The translations under genes were made by a program, and so were the position numbers. From assembly GCA_045837725.1 (NCBI GenBank), contig JBEWZL010000124.1:620001-657306 (forward strand): 37,306 bases of DNA, read 5' to 3'. The notes beneath the pieces were generated by a model. That model had not been told where the DNA came from. It ran no database searches and saw only the letters and a list, made by a program, of their open reading frames with translations. The stretch is from Vermamoeba vermiformis (Eukaryota). Shown in pieces: positions 13,533 through 24,146 of the stretch; the first letter of the stretch is position 1, and every line of letters begins with the position of its first letter.

Positions 13533-14804
13533 ATGGCAGCAATGACTCATAGATTTATTATTGCTTCATTAGTGCTTGTTTTGGCTATTTTAACTCTCCC
13601 GAGCCGCCAGCACGGATTTGACACTTCGGGATTGGAGCGCCTTTCTTTCAGCCCAAATGGTACTATTCTCCTGCCCAACGGCGAAGAGTTTCGCGCAGGA
13701 GGATGGAATTGGGGTCACTGGACGTTGACTCAGTATGGAGACGCGGAACTCAACGTTGCTGAAGGCGCGAATATTGTGCGAATTATCCCTCGCTGGTGGG
13801 GCCTCTACAGCGACCCGACAATCGATGCCTACGCTGACGGCGCTGAAGGACATTTTAATACTACAAACATTGACCGCTTGGACAAATTAATAGCTTCTGC
13901 GGTTCAAGCCGGATTGTGGATCAACTTGGCTTTAGACTCCAACTGCGGTCAAAATGGTGCTCAAGATCCAGATACAGAGGTTTATTGCACGGTGGATGGC
14001 CAGCCAGCGCAGAACTTTTTCAACAATCTCGGCATGCGCACCAAATTCAAAGAGGCGTGGACCTACCTTGTCAACCGTTACAAGAACACCACGCGCATCG
14101 CATGGTATGAAATCATGCCTGAACCTAGTCCCCCCGGCTACACTGACGCGGACGTGAAGAGTTTTTACGCCGATATGATTCCTGTATTGCGAGCAGCGGA
14201 CCCGATCACGCCAATTCTCATCGGTCCAAATAACGCTTATTTTGCGAACAAAATCGCCACCGTTTACGATGCCAGTTTCACGAACGTAGTCTACACGGCC
14301 GATTTCCTCGCTCCTGTGGTGCTCAACACGACCAAGATGCAATCAAAAGTTGACTTTTTGACCTCGCTCAGGAGCACGGCAGGTGTGCCAGTGTTCGTCC
14401 AACAATTTGGCATTACAATCGATCAAGACCCTACTGGCGAGCTACTCGATGCAGGAATGCAGTTGTTGATCGACAATCATATTGGCTTTACTGGTTGGGA
14501 GTACCGTGGTCCTACATACCCCGAGTACAGCGTGTGGTACCAGAACAAGACGGATTGGGTGCTCAAAGAACTGCCGTACGATATCTACAAGAGCAAATTC
14601 GCACAATGGAACTCTCCGTTAGGCACAAACTCCGCGCCAAGCAGTGCACCTTCATCGCTTGCACCTAGCACTGCTCCGAGCACTTCACCCTCGGAGACAC
14701 CGAGTGCGGCCGTTGCTCCATCTCAATCTACCAAGTCTAGCGCTCATCGTTACCTTCCTTCAGTATTGTTAGCTTCGATTGTAGTCGTTGGTCTATTAAA
14801 CTAA
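13533..14804 (+). CDS. GH5 (cellulase-family) TIM-barrel protein, intronless, signal peptide, Ser/Pro/Thr linker, hydrophobic GPI-type tail; catalytic residues atypical
   Basis: 423-aa ORF with GANIVRI, LDKLIASAVQAGLWINL, AWTYLVNRYKN, IAWYEIMPEP, LRAADPITPILIG, PVFVQQFG and IGFTGWEY in GH5 strand order. The C-terminal PS/PT-rich linker is followed by LLASIVVVGLLN*. Confidence 0.82.
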   Translation: MAAMTHRFIIASLVLVLAILTLPSRQHGFDTSGLERLSFSPNGTILLPNGEEFRAGGWNWGHWTLTQYGDAELNVAEGANIVRIIPRWWGLYSDPTIDAYADGAEGHFNTTNIDRLDKLIASAVQAGLWINLALDSNCGQNGAQDPDTEVYCTVDGQPAQNFFNNLGMRTKFKEAWTYLVNRYKNTTRIAWYEIMPEPSPPGYTDADVKSFYADMIPVLRAADPITPILIGPNNAYFANKIATVYDASFTNVVYTADFLAPVVLNTTKMQSKVDFLTSLRSTAGVPVFVQQFGITIDQDPTGELLDAGMQLLIDNHIGFTGWEYRGPTYPEYSVWYQNKTDWVLKELPYDIYKSKFAQWNSPLGTNSAPSSAPSSLAPSTAPSTSPSETPSAAVAPSQSTKSSAHRYLPSVLLASIVVVGLLN

Positions 14805-15106
14805 CTTGACCACAATCCAATTATTTACAAATCTTAGATAAAACACCACCTAACATCGGGTATAACTGATGTATACACAGCATAATTGAATATGTTAAAA
14901 TATGCTACTACTGTAACAGTACTGACGACAAAGCTATCCGAACGGATGCGTAAATCTAACTGCAACAAAAAATTTGCGGAATAGAGTAAGTATTTTTATT
15001 ATAATGTTACGGTTAAAATTGTTGCACTTGCAGTTATTTATTAATTTTAAAAATTAATTTTATTTCATATTTACATTTCTTTACAACAGCACCAAGCTTT
15101 TACAAT

Positions 15107-16502
15107 TTACTCAGTCTGGTTAGCGGTGAATATTTTAAAGACGTGGTTGGTGCCGTGCAGACCTTTTCCACTCACGTCACACTGTTCACACACGTCGAAG
15201 GCCTTGCAGTTCAAGCACGAGAATCGAATGCCCACAATATCGTTCTTGCAAACGTCGCACTTGTAGTACTCGTGCACGACGTTCTCCATCAGTTTGGGCT
15301 CGGGAATTTTGAATTCTTCTTGGCGCAAGGTGACGCTCGAAGGTACGTAGGCAGGGGCCTCACTCCACTTGAATTTATGACCGCAACCATTTTGAGTGTT
15401 GCCGCCGTGATAATCTGTGCCACATTTCATGGCATCGCAGCCTTCTAACTTTTCAATGACTCGTGCGCAGTTTGGACACGTCTTGCACGAGCCTTGTTTG
15501 TACGCCTCATCTTTGTTCAGCTCTTCGAATCGTTGTTTTAGCTCTTGGTTAGCCCTGATGCCACAAAGATGTTATTATTGCCTGCTACAATGTTCACGGG
15601 TAATGGAGCTTACTTGGCGTGTCGTTGTTTGGCCTGCTCGTACTCTGTTTCTAGTTGCTTCAACAGAGCGGCTTTTCGTTGCCAGTGCTGTTGTCGTCCT
15701 TGCAAGCACCAGTTCAACCACCGCTGTTCAATGTTTGGCACGTCGGTGCACTTGCTTCGCCAATGGTATTCTCTCTTGCACTTGGAACAGAAGTCAATCT
15801 CGCACTGGGGACATGGACACGGCTCGCAGATTGTTTCGTCCGAGGGGTAAATGAAGACCTTGCAATCTTTTCCAGGACAAGCGATCTGATTTAAACGAGT
15901 GAGTATCGAGGAATAATTGGTATGTAGTGCGGCTTACTGCTTTGCTTTCGATAACCTTCTTACTGAGCCATTCTTCATAGTTTTCGATTTCTTCGGGGTG
16001 TCTACCAATCTCGGCCAAATCCGAGGGTGTTAGTTGATACTGACATTGTGGAGCAGGGCAGGATATAAACTGCGTAAGTCATTATTAGTATACATTGCAT
16101 CTGTCAATTATCGGTTCAATTCTTACGGTTTTGTCTCTCAATTTTAAATCAACGTGACCAGCCACACAATCGTAGCAGAATCGATGAGAGGAGTCGCAAC
16201 TAATAGTGTACATTTCCGAGACCTTGAAGTCTTCTAAACAGATCTGGCAGGCGAATTCACGTTCCTTTGGTTTTTCATGCTGCAACAGCCATTTTTCTGT
16301 GCAATACAGGCCTTCAAATAGCAAGGTAATAATTTCATTGACCTCACGGGATTCAAGGCTAATTTCGGGGTGACAGTTTACTATTCTTTCTGTTCATCTG
16401 ATCAGATTGAAAAAGAATAAAAAATTAAAACTCACCGACTAGCTCTCTTTCTGACGATGTTGCTTCAGTAATGAAGTCGACGATAACTTGACTATCAGCC
16501 AT
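15107..16502 (-). CDS. RBR-type E3 ubiquitin ligase with C-terminal ZZ zinc finger, multi-exon
   Basis: ATG at 16502. RING1 CQICLE...CDSSHRFCYDC...CPAPQC; IBR CPGKDC...CPQCEIDFCSKCKREYH..KC; RING2 CPNCARVIEKLEGCDAMKCG; ZZ CDVCKNDIVGIRFSCLNCKAFDVCEQC...HGTNHVF. Confidence 0.88.
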
Positions 16503-16698
16503 TTGTGTTGCTCTGTGTGCTTCAATGAATGTTAAAAATTAAACCTAGCTTTTTTCTTTGTTGCGTAGAAAGAATGTGATTCGCAAGAGAATTGATTAAA
16601 TACTGAAATTCGATTTCAGATTGTTCCAGATTTCGAGCGCGGACAATCCGCTACGAATGCGTCAAGGCACAAAGAATAGAAAGGAAAATGTTAATTCT

Positions 16699-17552
16699 TT
16701 ATTTCGCTGGGGCTTCAATAGGGAAGTAAAATCGACAAGTTGATTTATGAAAGTGATTTCCGTCTTTCCTGATGGGAGCGAAGTCGGCCAAGCAGCTCCA
16801 GCAAAATTCGAAATTGCATCCACGAGCACCGCATTTCATGTGGTCGCATCCATCATTTTTCTCGATTGGAACGGTGCATTTAGGACAAGGTTTCGTATTT
16901 TGTTGCTTCCAAGCTTCGTTTTGATTGTCTTCGGTTTCGGCCAATTCTTTGTCGTATTCAAAACAACTTTTTCCTTCGTGCATCCGTACGCGATGCTTCA
17001 TGCAAGTGCGCTTTTTACCTACAATTGCAATCAGGCATATTATCATCGATTTACCAACTATAGTTGCTTACATGTGGTGCAAGAGAAAAAAGTATTTTGA
17101 TCCTCTCCTCCTTCCACGAGTTGTCCAGCACCGCATGAATGAGCACACCAACGAAATTCGGGCAGTGTTTGTAAGAAATCACTGGCTGTCAGAGAGTCCT
17201 AAGCGCCGACAATTAGTTCAAGTTTTAATAAAATTTAATGTAAATGCGTACCCAACGATTGAATTGGTTTGGCGTTAGTCGTCTTTGGATGTCTTTATAC
17301 TCAAATGGCTTGTTGCAGTTTCTGTTAATGCAAAGAATCCTCGCTAACGTAGATCCCTCTCTTCTTCCGCTACCTCCTGAAATATACTCGTTCAAGTACT
17401 CCGCAATGCACTAAAAATATTTAGCTAAGCAAATTAAATGCAGGTGGAATGCTTACTTGATCGCACGTATCGGCAGTGTGAGTGCAGGAGGCCGTAGGAG
17501 TTGTTGTGATTACTTTCATCTCATAACAAACGGAGCAAGCAGTTTCAGCCAT
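16699..17552 (-). CDS. Compact RBR-type E3 ubiquitin ligase, 4 exons
   Basis: ATG at 17552. [11 protein letters not shown]...[15 protein letters not shown]...CINRNC (RING1); [12 protein letters not shown]...[22 protein letters not shown] (IBR); [32 protein letters not shown] (RING2 with catalytic Cys/His). Confidence 0.9.
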
Positions 17553-17741
17553 GACGTATGGTCGTAATGTTGGTTTTGATTGTTGAATATTGAATTATGT
17601 AATCTGGACAGGTATCTCTTTTTTATTCTTTTTTACTTTTGGCGTGAAATTTCCTTCAATGATTCAGAAGAATTGAATTTTTGCTTGTGCAATTCGTTCA
17701 TTAATTGTTAAATTACTTGCTCAAACTCGAACACGAAGAGT
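17553..17741. promoter_or_regulatory. Probable bidirectional promoter between an RBR ligase and the otubain gene
   Basis: 189-bp AT-rich gap between divergent start codons. Inferred from geometry only. Confidence 0.45.
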
Positions 17742-19383
17742 ATGGAACATCAAATCGTAACATCTTTATCCGAGCTCTCCGGCATTCCCGTTGAGGTGCT
17801 TTGTAAGTTTAATTTTCAACTGCAGGCAAGTCGCTAACGTTTTTAGATCAATTTTTCCAAGATCGATACATATCCATCACAGAGGAATTATTGACGGATC
17901 AGAGATTGCTCAACAAGCTACTGGATGTAAGATTCGATCGAAGATCAAAATCAATTCTTTACTAAATTTTGATTAGGATAAAGACCTTATAATGAACCGA
18001 CTACAAAAGACTATTAGTGAAAGAGAAGCCGACAAAAACTTCACCAAGAGCCTCAACAACCTCGATCGAGAAAATCGCTATTCCGTTGATAGGAGAAAAA
18101 AACGCCATGGTTCACCTACGAAATGAATATAAGAACCCCACTATCATATCCAAGATTGAGGAATTTGAGCATCAAGGTTTCAGCCAATTTCGCTCGATCC
18201 GTGGGGACGGAAATTGTTTTTACCGTTCTGTTGCCACTGGCTTGATCGAGTGCATCATCAAAAACGAAGAGCTTTACGAGCATATATTTGCCGTATTGCA
18301 GCACCAAAAAGAAGGTCTTGACGAAGAGACTTACGGACATCTGCTGGAATTTATGGCAGTAGTCAACGATATTCATCACCCTCAGCACAAAGAAGAGCCG
18401 AATCTCGACGCTACGGATTCTTATAGTGCAAGCAATGGATCGCTTCCAGAGAGAAGTATATCTGATGCCCTTCCTCCGAGTGACAGAAGCGTCAATTGTT
18501 TCCAAGTGCCGGATTCGAGAGACAGCGGCGAAGAAGAATCTCTCGTGGAGTCTCATCGCGATGAAGATTCCATGGTTATTGTGGACGACAAAGATGATGA
18601 ACGAGAGCCGCTTATACCCAAAGCGACGAGGATCAGGAAGACTTGTTGCACGAGGATAGAATGGTGCACGATGCTGCTCCTGTTGAACTCAACTACGATA
18701 GTGATCGTCGTGTTCCAAGCGAACTTCCACCAACTTCATCAGTCAACGATTGGACATTGATTAACCCAGATCTGACGAAGGCAACTAATAACAGCCACGT
18801 GTTGAACGGCACTCAAGAAACTTCGCCGTTGTCCCGCGAAACTGAAACCAACGAGATACCTTTGCCAGCCGTGCAAATCAATGGTGATGCAGCCCAAGAA
18901 ACTCGAGAAGATGATCGTGTTGCGGTGCGAGATGAGCCTGAACAACGTGCAGACCAAGTAGTGGCGCACGAGGATTTGACGAAAAAGGAAGTGCCCAAAA
19001 GCGAGCCAGCTGTTCCTGTCGCCAAAATAGACATCGATGAATTGTCCGAGAAGTACGCAACTGATATAGAATTGAGCCAATGGTTTGTCAAAGCGTTCAG
19101 ACAACTCTCCGCTTTCGCCCTGCAACGCGACCCAACTTTTTCTTATTACCTTTCGGAGGGTCAAACTATTGATTCCTTGTGCGAAACAGCGTTGAAAATG
19201 GGCGAGGACGCGGAGCAGTTGCAAATGATTGCGTTATTTTCAATTTTAAAGATCGGTTGTCAAGCTTTTCAACTAGACCGAGAAAATAACAACGCATCGT
19301 ACATCTTACCTGATGAATCGGCCACACCACTCATCTACTTGTTGTTCCGTCCAGGGCACTACGATCTTCTCTACAAAGCCTAA
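17742..19383 (+). CDS. Otubain-like (peptidase C65) deubiquitinase with long acidic insertion; two apparent frameshifts (assembly error or pseudogene)
   Basis: PLIGEK...RSIRGDGNCFYRS (catalytic Asp/Cys) lies in ORF 18017-18760. AEQLQMIAL...LLFRPGHYDLLY (catalytic His) lies in ORF 18643-19383. Upstream exons are 17742-17802, 17848-17926 and 17977 onward. Frame changes near 18020-18083 and 18601-18640 have no plausible intron. Confidence 0.78.
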
Positions 19384-19892
19384 ACAAAAAATTAATATTA
19401 ATAAATTAATAATAAAGGTTTGCATGGAAAAATTGCGTATCAGTGTCCTTAAATTTATTTTAAAATTTTTACTGATAGTCCGATCAGCGAAAGATCACAA
19501 TCTACACATAATCTGTCTCCTACCTACCTACAGAGGCTAAGGCCCTAGCCCAAACTCCGAGCAAGTGTCGGGTAAAAAATATCAAAATAATGCACGTTGT
19601 GGTCTCTGCTTGTGTGAAATTTTCACTTTTGTTTACGTGAAGATCCGAGCGCATAGGACCACTTGCGATTTTTTGGCAAAAGACCAATGTTGTTTTTTAA
19701 TAGTAAATATAGTATGCTTAACAGTATTAAAAGCTGCAAGGCTCGACAGATCACTCGAGTTAATGGTAAGTTGTTGCACTATTTAGAATAAATACTAATA
19801 AATTTTCTTCCATAACTATATTTAACACAAGCGCAATACAATTATACGCGATTACTAATAAAAAATTGGTATTTATAATTTAATTAATTCCC

Positions 19893-22800
19893 TCAGGTAT
19901 TTAAGAATGACCGCTCTGTTGGGACCCAATCTATTATTTTTGCTTAGTTTGGGTCTCGCCATATTCTACACGGGTCCAAACCGAACCAGATCTCGCTAAT
20001 GGTGGCAATGCGGTGTGCTGCTCTAACTTGATTGGACAACCTGAAATTGGATAGCGCTGAGAGGATGACGGAACGCTAAGTGATATTACGGCGTAGAACG
20101 TTCCAGGTGATCCTTCTGGAATGAACGTGAAGACTCCAAACGACTCGTTGGTCAAACCTGCGCGAATTATTAAGTAAGTCTTGCTGATATCATTATTGCC
20201 CGCGCACTTACTCAATTCAATACGTTGCGAGTAGAGTATGTCGGCTGACTTCAGCACTTCTCCGCCAGTGAGGTAGACCACGCCGAATTTCTTCGTGACT
20301 TTTGGAGTGACGATGTCGAGCTGTAGACTCACGTTGTTGAGCAATACTTGCTGGCGAATGATCTCTCTAGTTCTCACGACTGACAGTCTCGAATTGACGG
20401 TAAACCCGTAACGACCATTCCAGGACACGTTGCAGTAGAAAACTGGTACGAACATTAGATTGAATCCATATATGGCAACGAACTTACGTTTTGCCAGCAG
20501 CATCTTCGCCGTGTCGTGAAGCTTCTGATCGTTATCTTGGATGTACTTGAGGGTGTCCATCTCGAGCTGGCTCATGTCCTGGGTCGCGGAATCCAACGAG
20601 ACACTGTAAGTCATAGGAGGATCAAATCTAGAGTAATACACAGTCGACTCGGGCAGGTGATGCTGCATGTCCAGCTCTTGATGCGTGCATTCGGAAGTGT
20701 TTGTGATTTCCGCAAATTTGTTGATCCATTCGAACATCGATTCGGGACTCTGACTTGGTTTCATTGCAGGTTTGATTCCTCCGCCTAGCGACATCAAAAT
20801 ATCGGGATCAGTTGCCCAGATGCGCTTTGCCTCTTCCATGCCGATGTTTGCAGGATTGTTGGTAATGACGCCTCCATCTACGAATTTCAGTTGTCCAACG
20901 CCTTTGACCGCGCGAAGGTAAGTGGGTATCGCCGAAGTAGCGGTGGCTGCGAAGTACAATTGCGTGTTAACGACGTACATTGTATTTGCATCGTTGCTGC
21001 ACGGAGTGTAAGAGCAGAAGAGAACTCGTTTGTTTCGTGAAGTCTCCACTGACAGGACAGCGACCTTCGGATTGTCGCGAACTGCTCCAATTTCTAAAAG
21101 AGTCTTTGGAGGCAACTGTCCTTTGACCGCTTTGGTCAGTTTTGTCATGGAGTACTTGGGACCACCGAACGCTGATTTGACGCTTCGTTTCCAAAACACC
21201 AGTTTAACGATATCGTTATAGTAGGCCTTGCACAGTGATAGATTGACACCGGAAGATAGCGATAATGCAACCAATCCTCCGCTGCCCGTGCCGATCACAT
21301 AGTCGAACAGCTCCGTGACGCTTTCGAAAAAGAGGCAAGTTAATAAGAATATCATAATGAATCAAGACTTACCGAGCACAGGTCAACTTTTCAATGTGCT
21401 GAAGAATGATGATTGGAACGAGTCCTCTGTGTTCCGCACCGTCCAGCGAAAGAACACGGGGCGCAGCACTTTTTGGCACCTTGGATGCGTCGTCTGCAGG
21501 TTTGGGTAAGTCAATATTACGTTAGAGCTATCCTTACCGAGATAAGTCACTGTCTTTCCGTCGAACGGGCAAACGATTTCGTTGGCTGAGTGTGAGCATT
21601 TCCTGCAGAACATGTGTCCGCAGCTGTACATCGCTCCGAGACCCATAGGTGAGAAGCAGAAAGCGCAATACTTCGCGCAGAATTCATACTCAGTGTTGCG
21701 TGGCCAGCTTTGGACGAACTCGGCGCGTTCTTGCTGCAACTTGTCGGCAGATAACTGAGGCACGAGTTAGTAAATCAAAGACGTTACAGTACTGCTCGAC
21801 TTGCCGAAATCAAGTGATCGATCTTGTCTCTGAACAATTGCTCGAGAGTGACTGAGTCATCGGACGCTGTTATCTCTTGGCTGCCACCGAAAAGATTTTT
21901 GAAGACTGACGCGATGTTAATGAGTCCTTTGCGAAGAGGGTTTTGGAAGTTGTGCGACGAATGAACGATTCTCTCTTGCATGCAACAGCCGTTCTTGTCG
22001 TGCTCTTCGCAGGGTTGGAGTTGATTGACGATAGTGAGCAATGGTTTCAAGTAACCATCTCGTAGAAGTTGGTCGATGTTCTCGCCCTATGAATTCATAA
22101 TGTAGTAGTGCTTTCAACCTGATTGCTGCAGGTACCTTTTGAAGACTAGATACGCCAAGATTCTCTTTCAATGAATTGATGTAAGCGAAGCAGTAGGCCG
22201 TTACTGCAAGCTCGCGCGCCTTTGCGAATCGTTCCGTTCTGCTCTTCACGTATTCAGGTATTGTGAGGCCAGCAGGCTTTGGCAAAAGAGCCAGCGTTTC
22301 TTTAAAGAACTTAATTCTAATATTGTTTGTCAGTTTTTGTACAGTGGTTGATTCGGTTGCGACTTACACTGCCTTGAAACGCGAGTCCTTTTTGGGCAAG
22401 TTGACGTCGAAGAAGATCTCCGAAATATTGACCTCTTGCTGAGAGTTTACGATTTGCAGTACTCTTTCAGCTACACGGTACCACATATAGTCAGTGAACA
22501 TATTGGCAACATTAAGCGTGTAGCTAACTTTCTCGACGCGCATCCGCTGAATTTCTCGATGAACAATTCCCTAACAGTGGTTGGTCAGAAAGTGGTAATT
22601 ATTCACTATAGTTACCTTTAATTGCTTCAGCTGTTCGCAGTACTGAGTGGGGAAGATTCGACCGTCTGGAATCTTTATAAAGCAAAAACCGGAAAAACTG
22701 TTGCGAAGCAGATCTTTCACGTCGTGACCGTCAGACTCCAAACTGCGCAGGAACAGACTCGTGCTGTTCTCAACATCGTATGGATCCTCGCCAGTATCTG

Positions 22801-23973
22801 TACGTTCTGAGGGCGGGTTGCAGAAGTTTTGAACCACGATGAGGTACGGCAAATTTCGCGATTGTTGATTGGCCACACTACGCATCGTAAACTGTTCGAT
22901 TCTAGCAATGTATTCTCTGTTTGCCAAGGCCTGGCGATTGGTGAATATAATGACATTGCTGAGAATGTAGAACAGTTGCGGAAAGGTCTTTGAAACGTAG
23001 TCGGTGCGATTTTTGGTGAACGCATCCAGTTGTTCAGGCTTGAAGATCGCCGACAGCTTGTGCTTTAGTGCCTTGAAGAACTTCAACGGAATACGACCGT
23101 CAGCACCTTCTCCGTCCAAGAGCACCACTCGTTCGTTGTTAACGTTGCCAACATACTGATTAATGTTGCCGGTCGTTGGATGTTCTTGCGAGGGTAAAGC
23201 AGTCGAAGGGCCCCTAACAAGCGTCAGTACCGTTAATTTTAAGACATTGATTGCTTTTACCTTTGCTTGATGATTCGCTCTTCGAACTCCATCATTTCTC
23301 TCGCCAAGTGACTTTTACCGCACTGGGTGGGTCCGACAAAAGAGACACGTGGCAGATACTTGTTTCGGTCTGCAAGTCGTTTAAATTCTTGCCAATTAGC
23401 GTCATTCTTTTCAAGGCAAAAGGTAGTCTTATCTTCAGGGATTTGCGGAACGCAGATCAACTCTGATTTCTGCGACGGATAATTAAAAAATTTTGTTGTG
23501 ATTCACGAATGACTTACATCCTCGAGTTCGTTTTCTTCTGTTTCTTTACTGAACACTTGTGTGGTTCGTTTTAACTCTTCTATCCAAGACCAGACTTCTT
23601 TTCGTTGTTTTAATTTCATTCCCAACTCGTCGCGCAAGTCATCGTTTGTCATGCGCAGTAATCCCGCTCCGTTAATCCCCATCTTTTCGAATGAGGAGAT
23701 TAATTCTTTGTCTTGCGTCTTCGTCTTCAACCATTTGCTAACGTCTTCTGTTGTCCACAGGTGCGCTGGCCGGGACGTGTTTCGTCGTTGCTGCAATTCC
23801 ATTAGCAACTCGATCTTGGCCTGTGGAACATCAAGCTCTTGAAGGTCGCTTTTGGTCAGTTTGAGAAGTTCGTCCAAGGTAGTTATCTCGTTGTCGATAA
23901 ACTTCTGTTTGTCGAGGCGGAAATACTCCATCACCACGTTGTACGTTAGGTAAGCATCGTCTAGCGGTTGCAT
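19893..23973 (-). CDS. SAM-SAM - GBP/atlastin-like P-loop GTPase - RING-like finger - patatin-like domain protein, multi-exon
   Basis: Two SAM domains (LTKSDLQELDV; WTTEDVSKWL...INGAGLLRMTNDDLRDELGM). GTPase motifs G1 VSFVGPTQCGKS, G2 PTTGNI, G3 LLDGEG. RING-like CAFC...CGHMFCRKC...CPFD. Patatin motifs RVLSLDGAEHRG, FDYVIGTGSGG, ATSAIPTY and FVDGGVITNNPA. The 3' end is either the stop at 19934 or a last small exon ending at 19893. Confidence 0.82.
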
Positions 23974-24146
23974 TTCACTATAGTAACAAATATCGAGCTC
24001 GGTGGTCCTTGATGCAATTCGTTTTTAAACACAAAATGGTGAAAAGATTTTGTGGTGTTTAAATCACTGTGTCGGACTTTCACCGCTGCTTAAATTATTT
24101 GGTTGGCTGATAATTTTAGTAGATTTTATCTTTAGTAACGGTCACC
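23974..24146. promoter_or_regulatory. Probable bidirectional promoter between the two GTPase genes
   Basis: 173-bp gap between divergent ATGs (23973 minus, 24147 plus). Inferred from geometry only. Confidence 0.45.

Noticed and set aside
19934-21355. 473-aa ORF as a standalone patatin gene
   Set aside because: It starts inside an intron and reads through two stop-free in-frame introns (20443-20487, 20158-20211). It is the 3' part of the gene starting at 23973.
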